From: Phallusia mammillata
Lineage: Eukaryota
Length of the DNA stretch: 64,000 nucleotides
Reading direction: 5' to 3'
Assembly (NCBI GenBank): GCA_965637545.1
Contig: OZ281495.1
Span: 28,024,001-28,088,000, forward strand
This document shows, piece after piece, positions 39,178-50,851 of this stretch. Every line of letters begins with the position of its first letter. The stretch's first letter is position 1. The position numbers and the translations under genes were made by a program. The notes beneath the pieces were generated by a model. That model made no database searches and was not told the DNA's origin. It saw nothing but the letters and a program-made list of their open reading frames with translations.

Positions 39178-39550
39178 CAGTGGTTGACTCAACCTTTCGT
39201 GGACCGTCCCCCCCTAAAAGTAACTTTTGGGCCTCGTGCCCCCCTTTATGTAACCCTGTAAGACCTGTGCCCCCCTTACAAATGTATATGGCAAATTCAT
39301 GTTGGAATTCAGTATTAATTTCGGCTTTGAACAGGTCGAATAGAGTAAACAAGAATCCTTAATCGTGAAAACCTCAATATAGACAAATAGTATGTGAAAT
39401 AGTTGATTAAATTAGGGAATAATGTTATTTGCAACACACACACTTAATTATGCGCGTTAAAAAAGAAAATGGCTTTTAGTGTGTGTTTCTGGTGAACCCC
39501 TGCCCCCCCGGAACACAGCTCGTGCCCATGAGCGCTGGTTGAGAACCACA
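39178..39550. mobile_element. Degenerate hAT-like MITE remnant
   Basis: Ends CAGTGGTTGACTCAACC and GGTTGAGAACCAC with C-rich subterminal tracts. No TSD is preserved. Confidence 0.35.
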
Positions 39551-42124
39551 TACACATTTAGTCTACCGGCTGCCCAGCACAATTGCTTTATATTGTACAC
39601 TGTGCCATAGTTGTATGCGAGATTTGAACCTATGACCTTCATGAGCAAAAGCGATTTGCATTTAAATGATTGATGCACTTTCAAGTTTACACACCAAAAT
39701 GAACAATGGTCCGCAAAAACGTAATAAAAAGCTTTTAAAACATCACGCAACAGCAAAATTTACATAAAAGTCTTACTGGCACTACCTGCATAAAAAATTA
39801 CCACAGTTTCCGAAGAGACGCCTCGGCCTGCAAAGTCCCCCAATCACAACTGTCGTGATGAAGAATCAAAAAGTTCAAATAATTTAGGCCACCGATAAAC
39901 CGGTAACCTCTAAGACGCCCAAAAATATTTTGCCTGCAATAAAGTACCGGGTGTTTGCGGAAAGTTTAACTTGTATCCCAGTGATGTGTTTAAATGTCAA
40001 GACTTCGAAAGTGGGGCTTTTCACTGATTTCTCGTCTCAAAAAGGCGACGCAATGCAAAGTTGTGCATGCTTTGGTTTTTCCCGTAGCGTAGGGCTTTTC
40101 CAAAATGCAAAAGATTAACATTAAAGCATGCTTATGCTTATTTCATAAACTTGCAGATTGAAGGGTGCAGCTTTTGAAAGTGATGTAATATTCGTGGTGT
40201 TTGCAATTATACGCAATCCTTTTATAATTAAAACTGTATCACTGGATTTAAAACTATTCGAAAATTAAAACAATGATATTTTTGTTGCAAGATGTTATAC
40301 CCAAAACAAAGTTATAATAAAAAAACACATATTGTGTTGATTAAGGTAATGTTGTTTATTAGGACATTTTATAGACATTTATTCAAAGCGAATGCCAGTA
40401 ATTGAAACTACAATTATGGGATCGTTGGTTTAAAGCTTGAAATGGTTCTCTATCCACAAAGCTGATAAAAATACCACATATTGTAGACTATAGAAAACAC
40501 TTTACATGAAAATTTACCATAAACAGCAATTTTAAGTTAGTTTGTTGTCTGCAAACAGGAAAAGAGTCACATAAACAGACAGTATGGCAAAGTTCAGGTC
40601 TTGATCAACACAAAGAATTCAAAACAGTGCGATCATCTATTCATGTCGCCGTAGATGGCCGAAAACAAAGTCCTCGACCTTGCTGCTTCTGTTTAACACA
40701 AAACCGCTGGGAGTCCTGTTGACAACCAATTAACGATCTCTTGAATAGCAAAGTCTAAAAATAGCACGACCTTTGAACCTGTTGGTAGTGCCAAGTGGCG
40801 AATTCGAGTTGCCCGGAATTGCTCTTTCTTGGATGGGGATTTGCGGTAAAGATAAATGTGGTGGCTTGAAATTTGATTGATGTGTTGGGGTTTGACCTAT
40901 TCGTTTTGTTTTGATTTGTACTAAGCAAACAAGTATTGTACGGCATGTGATAATTTTAGTGCTGTTTTTATCTGGTTTTCTAGTGAAATGATATGTGTTT
41001 GGGTTAAAATTGGAACCGACATCCGAAAACCAAAACATACGCGAAAATATTGGCCGGACTCTTCAATTTTTGCTTTTTAGTTGTTAAAAACCCAAACCCT
41101 TGAAATTTGGCCGTCTAAAAGACAAATCGGTTTGTGATGGGAATATAACGACAATAAAAGGCAGAAAATGAAATGTGCATGCCAATAAGAGGCTATAAAG
41201 AAAACTATAAGAAAGGAAAAGTCTTTTAAAAAACCTTCGCCCTACATTGAGTTCGAGAACGACAAACACACCAGACAGAACCCAAACCAAAATTTACTAC
41301 AGACCATGATTTGGTTTACTATTCAAAGAACGATTTTGTGCAAATCCCTTAAAATTGGCTTTGCATCTCGATCCTATTTAGGTATTTTTTTCTGGTGTGA
41401 TAGATCGTTGCATACCCTAACGCCTAAAACAATGTACGGATTTAAATACATTATTAAGTGCTGACGATAAAAACTTAGTTTGTGGTTTGCCCAAACCGGA
41501 ATCTTCAACCAAATTTTTTAATAGTACAAATTAATATGATTTGTTATTTTCAAACAAAAGTGATCGATTGGGAATAAACTATCTTTAGACAAACATGCAT
41601 TTTGTCGATTACAGCGGTTGCAAAAAGTGGATAGAAGTGGCTGTTATCGCAATGACCAGCTGTGCGGCATGCTCAGCGTGAAGAAAAGACGTCAAAACTA
41701 CCTTGGTAATCTATTGCTAATTGCCGCGGCAGGAAGCGCCTCTCAACACCGCAGATTTGATCGCTTAAGCTCGAAGTGCCGCTGCCCTAAGCCGACATAA
41801 GCCAGAGAGGTGGTGATGCGTTGTTTCCGCATTAGAGCTACAGTTGCAAATTTGCGCGGTCTGTTTTCGACGCAGTAGCCGCGAAAACCTACTTGACCCA
41901 CACTGCTGGAAATTGTAATTAACAGTTTGGTTGGGTTACGAGGCATTTTTCTGAAATTACTGTTTTGGTGGTGAGTCATTGAAGACTGCAATTAAACCAT
42001 CGTAAGTTAAATGCAGCGAAAATGTAGTGCGTTTAACATGTCAATCACATATAGTATTTACAGATGGTTTAGTTGCGCCATCTGTACGGAAAACATGCAA
42101 AGACTAAGATGAACATGCACACGT

Positions 42125-42175
42125 ACTGGGATCGGCACTGAAGCGTTCATGCAGACCAGCAATCACGGCATACTC
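42125..42175 (+). repeat. Approx. 50-bp interspersed repeat, copy 2
   Basis: Matches 30321-30371. It is followed by a 25-bp near-perfect palindrome at 42185-42209. Confidence 0.75.
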
Positions 42176-45100
42176 ATTTATAAATCATAGTACGTACTAC
42201 GTACTATGAAACATTCAAGACAAACAGTTCGTTTTACATTTAGTTTGAGATTATTCCTCGAACGGAAATGAGATATATTTATGAACTCATAGATCCGTTT
42301 GAATCATGGCGGAAATGCAAAAAAGGATGATTTCCGAAAGTGAGCCCTGCATGCAAAACAAGGCAATTTCCGAAAAACATGCATACAAGCCCGAGATGAA
42401 ACACGCTTAACAAAGAATGTTTTATGATACAGGAGGTAGTTAACAAATTTCGGAAATCGCAACATTAAAGTTTTATTGCTTGCATTTCATTTGTAGCACG
42501 TCTTTCGCGTAAAAACAAATTTGTTTTTAAAGTGCATCTTTGCTGATTTGGTTCGGCAATCGTATACCTTTAAGCACGAAGATCATTTCAGACAGTAGTC
42601 AGCAAAACGCTTCGTACGTTGTAAAACCAGTGCAACCACCGAGAAATCCACAAACGTGGAGAGAAAAAGACCAAGAACATTCATAAAGCTGCAAACGTGT
42701 ACATATATATCATGTCCAAGTGTGTTGCCTTTGCATGTTGGTGGTTCGTTTGGAAAAAATAGACACAATTCACCAAGGTCCTATTTAAACCACGTTAAAT
42801 TGAAACAAAACTAGAGGTTATTTCTTTGGTGATGTACATCTTGCATTTTACGTTGCAACTACAGTAAATAATCTCTTATTAAACACGAACAGTTCTGCTT
42901 AAAACGACACTGGAAAGTCAACATGGTTTGTTAAACATCGGGAACCGCTGGTTTTCTGTGAAATATCACTCTTGTAGATTAAAGTCAAAGCAAAAAAGCA
43001 CAACAAGATTTGAGAAATACACAATATTGAACACTGTACATGTTACTCATCAGAAAAGAGTACCACTTATAGGTTGGCACGATGTTTGTTAACCCGGGGA
43101 AGCAAATTTCCGTGACCACACAAACCAGTATCATTCGTACGACGTTAGAATGTGATTCACTGTGATCTAAACTGGAATCGACGCGTTCGGTGAAAGGCAC
43201 CAAATCACCTGGATGTTTTCGATTTTTTGGCCTCGGGGTTTTCGATAGACCGGTGACAGAAATTCGCAAAGTGTTACCTGGTTTAACGTTCGTGGCTTCA
43301 GAAATCCCCGAATCGCATCAGCAAAGTTATTTTTCAAGATTCCTAAACGGTCAGCGCCCAGGGCGAAGTCGCTACTCATCGTCGCGAAGTGTTAAGTACA
43401 CGCTCTGGATTCCCTGTAGTAAATATCAGCCCGGTTGAAGCGAAAACAAATGGCTGAATTTCCTAAACGCGTCGTCCGAAATTTTGTCAACAAACAAGCA
43501 TATTTATTCCTGCCGATTTTTAACGTCCGTAGAATTAGCTACACGTAATGGCACGATCAACAAAGAAAAACATGGCTAAAATCGTAATGATGGATTTTGA
43601 AGTTTCAGATGTATTTGGGCGAAGTATTGTACTATTATATGAATTTCTCAGATAATAACAGGAACTTCCATGTAACGGATTATAGGGTACACATTCGGTC
43701 ACCAAAGATATACCTCAAAACTGATTGACTGTAATACTTTTGATGTTCTTACAGGCGCGTTAAGTTCATGTGGAGTGGTGTAATAAACTCCCTAAAATCA
43801 CCAAAGCAATTAAAAATGTGATGGTATGTATTTCAACCTCAGTAATAAGACAGCACATGCAATGTAATTTGAACCTAATGGTGCATGGTTACGCTTTTGG
43901 ACACTGCAATACAATGCAGATCTTTCTTTGCAGAACTGCTATGTAGCGCCAAAACACATGTACAGAAACCTTAAACCCTTTGCACGCCACCGCTAGCTTC
44001 TGCGAACAACATTTAAAAATGGACAGTTTCTTTTTAATATGACGCTAATGCAAATATACAACCGAAAACTCATTACGTTACACCTAAGGGAGATGAGCCA
44101 GTTTTTGGAACGCCTTTTGCGTGGACGCAGGAATGTGAACATGCAAACGGGTGTTGGACTATTTTAAGAGCAATCTGACACGCGACAACGCCTTTTTGTG
44201 CGCCGACGTTACTTTAGTGCGTGCGGTGCGTGCAACCAGGTTGAAAATCGTGTGTGTAATATCTTTGGCGTATCGTTCGTCCACGTGGGCGTGGTTTCGT
44301 CCAATATTTCACGATTTAACAACTGGATTAGCATAAAGAGGTGAGGTTTTTAAACTTACGCACGCCTATACATAAAAAGGTTGGAGGAATGTGTTTTACA
44401 TGCCTATAAATGTTGACAAACGTTATTCAAATCAACGCTTTATAATACGGTGTAGCTGCAGCGTGTTTAATCATGATCCACCAATTGCCCTCCACTTTTT
44501 GCGCCCCATAACGTCTTAACGTTGGGCAGCTATTTCCAAGTTGGTGATTGTTCAGTGCAATTGTGTCGCTATGTGTTCTTTCAACAAGCGAAATAAAGGC
44601 AATTCATCTCAACGGAAGTTCAGACAAGTTTTAAACCTGGTTTTAACTGCTAGACGTGGTTGTTTACCAACAACCAATTGGAAAATTTTGTGGGAACATT
44701 TTTTGTAAATGATGAAATAATTGTCTCATAGGCGATATTAAAAAACATGCACAATTTTCTCATGTCAATATTTTGCAATTTATACCGTGTTCGATATTTG
44801 ACCTTTCACTATGAAGATAGCTTTCAAAACTTAATTTGGCATCAGCCATACAACAGTTTTCACTTTATCAGTCTACAACTGCGGGCGATATGCAATTTAA
44901 TCCGCGTGTTTTAATTTATAGTGAAGATAGTCAAGAGCGCGCACATTATACCGCAACAAATATTTGGTAAATCATGCGAACATGAAATATGATGATTTTG
45001 ACTTTTAATCAGACAACACCAAATCATATTGAAATCACTTGTGTCAAATGCGGACATTGAACAAGATCAGAGCTGATTCAGAATGGATTTGTGGGCGGAT

Positions 45101-46855
45101 TACATAAAATACAACAAAAAACGTGAAGTACGTGAAATGTCAAAGCAAAAACTTGCAATGTTAGCAAGATAATATTTTGAGTAACAAGTAAATTGTAAAG
45201 GCCATGTTAACGACATCGAAAGCAACACTCTAATAATGGAAAATGTTTGTGAACAACGGAATGTCACACATAAAAATGGTGCTACATTTAGGCAACATTT
45301 TTTTCACTTTTTCAACCTTTAAAATTTTCCGCTAACCTAATACGATTTGTGATTTTACTTACTAACAATAATAAACCAACACATAACATTTTTGTTAAAA
45401 ATATATAATCAATACAGGTTTGAAATTATGATCGAAAAATCCACATGAATACCAACAGGTTGGGTCAAACCAGTGTAGTGCAATCTGGATACAACGTTCA
45501 AGTCGCTTCACGTTAATCGAGAAACTGTTTCCAATCGTGACGCTTCGCCAACAAACGATGATTAGTTACCACCACGCCTACAGCCATATTAGGTGCGACC
45601 TGATGAGCTTAGGATGAGTTTTTATCGATTCGTGATCTTCTTTTATGAGGGCGTGAAGCTCAATAGGCAGCGATTCGCGGTAGGGAAATGGCTCAGGCTC
45701 CTGGAATCGCGACAAATGTGCATGTATTGGATCCTACTGGATAATCTCCAAGTTACTAAACGAAACGACAGCTTTGACTTGTTGCATTTGCATGACACAT
45801 TCAAATTCGAACCCATTGCCTTTAAGTTGCCTCAAACTTTGGAATAAAAAGTTTCGCCTAAATTGCATCTTACGTTAAGTAAAACCTGTACAACAGAGTA
45901 TAACAGCAAAATTCCACACAACAAGTATTTAAAACGTTGCGCAGATCACTCTAACAGACCAAGTTCCGACCAGATCAACAATTTAAGTTCGCATAACTCA
46001 TGTTTAAAATTCTTTAAAGATAAAACAGCCGCCTTTTTGTAAACGTTAAAATTCAATCTGATTGACACCAAACATAAACAAGGCATTGCAGAGATTTTTG
46101 TTGCAAACAGTGATAAACATGACATTTTCGAGGCACAATATCAAGCAAATACCTTTGTGTGATGATGGGCTAATGATAAATAGTTGTTATGGGGGGCTTG
46201 CCATGTTTGTTTGTTGGGGAAAATGATAATCCGATCGGCATGCTTGGAGGCCAAAGCGAATTGCCGTTATACTCGTGTACAGTGGGAAATTTTGCACCCA
46301 ATTATAACAGCATACGAGTTTGACAATAGTTGCAGTGTTAACAATGCGTTCGTTTTTGCATCGTTAATTCTATGGAATGCAGAACGCCATGGCGTGGTAC
46401 TTAACATTTTCAAATAGATTGAAGGGTTGTGAAAATAACATGACTGGGCGCCAGGTAACATAAAAATTTGAACAATTCTTTCAACACGTGCAGAAATAAT
46501 GTTAGTAAGATACGGTACAAGCCAATAAGGTATTGGATTTGAGTTTAAGCCATTTTTCGTCTTCTTTTAACAAAATTTAATTTCGAAGCATTCAGGTGTA
46601 TAGGTACAGTGATAATGAAATTTATATTACAAACTAAATATACAAAATGGAAATAAATGTTGCAAAATTGTTGGAATTCTTTGTTTCGTACAGTTCATTT
46701 CGCACCTGCCAAGCGACATCCATCATTCAAAGCAGAATCCGCATTATTTTCGCAACACCGCAGTGTTATTTGTCACCGTACCAAATTGCGTAGATATTAC
46801 CACCTTGTTTTGTGTCCCAATATTTTGTATGTCGTTCTAAGGTTTCCATATACGG

Positions 46856-46945
46856 TATGTAAAACCATGTTTGGCTCTCAAAACATGATGTTACGTATGG
46901 TATGTTAACCATTTTTTGGCTCTCAAAACATGATGTTACGTAAGG
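46856..46945. repeat. Tandem duplication of a 45-bp unit
   Basis: TATGT.AACCAT.TTTGGCTCTCAAAACATGATGTTACGTA.GG occurs at 46856 and 46901. Confidence 0.9.
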
Positions 46946-49900
46946 AAATAAACGCGAAAATACTTTGATAGGTGCTACATCAGCATGTATTTATGGTATT
47001 TACCAAACCTAGGATAAAATCTTTTAGCAAATTAGCTACACAGCAAATTAACACAAACGATACAGCGGTTTCTTTGTTTTATTTCTTGAGCCAAAAATGA
47101 TCATTTCGATTAAACGTAAAACTGTCTGAGAGCTGTATGGGACAAATAAATACTTTTGAAAGCTGAGGTTTCTGCTGTTGTAACAACCTGAAATGTCTAC
47201 ATGGTTCTTCGAAATCGTAAATATTGGAACCCACTCTGGCGCTTTGATTTCCGAGGAAACTAGGAAAAATGTGACGCCGAGATGGAATTACTTGCTACTG
47301 CGGGATATGTACGAAACTGGGCTCTCCTAACTACAGACCAAGGCTGTATTTTCAAGTCACGAAAACCACATTTGTGTACATAGCGTGCCGGGGTAAAGGT
47401 CAATTGAAATTTGAAAAACCCGTTACTGAATAACAGATCATTTGTCACGTTCAAATGTCAAAACAACGCCAAAACTAACTAGAGGTTATTAAACCCTTGA
47501 TATACTGGGGGCGCATTACTGGTCGGTCTGTTGCAAGTCAGGAAATCCTTTACGTTTTTTTTAATGTACTACAATACGAGAGTTATGCCTATCCGTCGCA
47601 AGTGGGTTAAAAAACGTTGGAATCATATGCACTTTCGACCAATGTACAAATAACTTTTATCTGCAAATAATTGACTGCTAAACATAGCATTGTGTTTAAG
47701 TTTATTCACTCAATACACTGAAAAAACGTAGCTGTAATTGATCAAAGATTATACCAGTTCAATATAAAGCTCAATACGTTGAAAAAAAATCTTTTAAAAA
47801 TTGACCATATAAGACACAATACAGACAGTTTTCACAGTTTCTAAGCTGTGCGAAAAAAGTAAGTGAAATTTTCGAACCTATTAAAGATACCCAAATCGAG
47901 ACAAAACTACGCAACGTTTTTACCCCAGAGCAGGCAATATGACTTAAAACACCAACTGGCATCATAATCCCAATTTGTTTCGAAAACGAGGAACTTAAGA
48001 GGACGTAAGGTAATAAGGTGTTACAACCCCTCCTGTCGCTTGGACAACCGCTCGGCGCCCGCTGAGTGTTTGTCTAAAGTCATTACTTATCGCAGCGGGA
48101 GTGAAGCAGCGTCGTGGTAGGAAAAAAGGCTGCCCACGCAGTGTATAAATATCGTGTTTCCGGCGATGTGGATCATAAACCGGCCGTTGGTTGACGGATA
48201 ATAGATGTACAAAGGCATAGGTAGAGTGGGGCTTGTTTGGTTCTTGCTGCTGCCGTTCTACGCCTTACTACGTAGAAAAGATTTTTTTGTGACTTTAAAG
48301 ATTGTTATGGCGTGAAATTGTTCTCAGAGCTGTGTTATACGAAATTTTACGTTGAATTCCGGTGTTGGTATAATAATTATTACCAAACGTCGTAGAGTAG
48401 CGTTGCTTGTGTGCCTATTCAGGATTCACCGACACGCTTAATTTCTTATCGGTGTTAATATTACGCACAACAGAGACCTAGTGTCAAGGTATAGGCCTCC
48501 AGTAAATATCGTCAGCATTTCAGGGAAGAAAATCAGAGTTTTTTTGTTTACGAGTGCAGAGAAAACCTTTTGTAAGAGCATGCTGGGTTAGTTTTAATTA
48601 CCAAATTCCTGCACTGGTTAAGTAGGTGCCCAATCGTTTACAAACAAGGCGAGGAAAAATGAGTAACGTTTTGAGGTTTTCTCAAGGTTAATTACAAGTA
48701 CGTGTGTGTTGTGCGTTAAGTATTCGAGAGTATTTCGCGATAGATTACCGCTAAGTGTTCAGTTTTGTAGCTAGATCTACAGTTTTTTTGTGAAATTGGT
48801 TGTGTTAACAAAACTGCAAAACGTATTTTTCGTCGATAAGCGAATTTGTACATGCTACGAAAAGTGACGAAACTCGTGTTTAACCTAATAGAAAGTTAAA
48901 AAAGATGTGCGCGGCGCGGGTACAGGATTATGTGTACGCAAGTGTGAATGTTTGGAACGCAAAAAAAACTCTTAGATATTATATGATCGTCACGCCATTT
49001 GTAATTCAGTGGTAACGACCAACGACCGTGAGGCGTAAAGGGGCGTAAGAGGCAAAGAACCACAGAGTGCCGGTATGGTGTTTTGCTCACGAAAGACACA
49101 CCAAACATTCTTTAAAGGGCAACAAGCGGGTGTTACCGATTTGTTTGGGGTTACAATGCAATAACTTCAGCGATCATTCCGTGTGTTTAATACCGACAGA
49201 CGCGTAAACGCAGAACTGTGGAATATTTGGCAGAAAATCCACTAACTTGCAATTGTAATTTCTAGATTAAATTTCTGGCTAGCTTTGGTGCTCAAGAGCA
49301 TAATAACGTAGCTTCTTTGGAACACTGCTCTATATTTCGCTTTGTATTTTGAGCCGTTTTGTTTAGGCTTAATCTGAGTTTTATTTCAAACAAGTTTTTT
49401 ACGATCAGAAAAGGCTCAGCTTTTGCAAAATTTCAATTTCCTGCTCAAAGTCACGCAATAGTATTATTCCACGCCGCAGAGCGCAAATTTACGGCTTATT
49501 GCGTCTGGCAAATCTACGATAAAACAAAGATTGACGTGATGAAATCGCTGCAGAAGTTGAACGTATCCTCGGTGTCTGCAAAGGCGAGCAAATGCGGGGA
49601 TTAAGTCGCAAAAGGGCGGAAAATCTAGCTGTTGATCTTTCACATATTTGACGGGTCAAATACAAATATATGGTAATTTCACGTGCGTGATAATGCTGCT
49701 CAAGGCGTTAACGATAAGATGGCTTGATATTGCCATTGTTTTTGATAAGTTTTGCACATATTGACAGGGTTTTGCCTAAATATTAAGGTTTTTATTTGAA
49801 AGTATGGCTCGTGTTTTGCATTTGTGCAAAATCGCAAATTAATATGCTTATTGTATTGCAAAATAGTTTAAAAGGCTTATTTGCAAATAAGGTAGGATGG

Positions 49901-50851
49901 CGTAACTTGGATTTCGTTCGCCCTAGCCGAAGTTTCGATATCGCGATAAATGCGTGGAATAAAAATACAAGTTTGCCGGGAGTTGATAATCCTGTTTCAA
50001 TTTGGTTATAGTGAAGGCACCGCAACTTCAGAAACAAACCGGAAAACTTTTCACAAATATTTTTCGCACTAGCGTTACGTGACAAGAAATTGCTTGTCCG
50101 TTTTAAACAAATGCCAAATAGATGTAAAGGTCCAGCAATATTACTGTCCTGAAATGGGCCGTTTAAGGAAATTACCCAGTGCAGTTTTTTACCTAATGTA
50201 TCTAACACCAAGTCGTGCCACAATAACAACGTTTGAAAACATAACATTCACTAAGAACTGTCAGATAGTGTAAATCAGGCTAGCAAGCTATAAAATTGGG
50301 TTCGCATCTTTACACAGCGGCGAGCTATCGAGATTTGTGAATCATTAAACTCGGTTTGTCGAGCTCTGAATTGTTCTTCGCTACGTTTAGTGGGAAAAGC
50401 GACTTTCAACAACTTACTTTTACGGGAACTGCTATTTATAGGGCAGTCAGCTGATTTTGAGTTATATAACAAACCACTTTGCTACACCTCGGGCTAAAAA
50501 TCCCACAATTGTCGGTTTTCTTCGCAAAATTACAGATTGCTGGCTGATTTTGCATTTAATTTGCCGAATTTCGGTTGCTGGAGACTTTATCTTGTCTAAG
50601 TTGTCTCCAAAGACGCGACAAGCAATTACAGGTGTCAAGCATAATTATACACAAACGCTTTAAGCTTATAACTTATGTTTAAAGGGATTCGGCATTTAAA
50701 AAACTTTTTCAGGGGGCTCTGCATTTAAATCTACTTTGCAACTGTTGCATTCATCAATCTACTTGTAGTTATTGTAATAAAATCTTTATCTTTACAGCCA
50801 AGAACACACTTAAGTTATACTTTTTCCAAGAAACTGATTTGAAATTCAAAG

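Noticed and set aside
45600-45670. CTGATGAG followed by a possible stem
   Set aside because: No correctly placed GAAA box.
49792-50247. 151-aa minus-strand ORF upstream of ALDH
   Set aside because: No domain, non-coding-like composition and no splice support.
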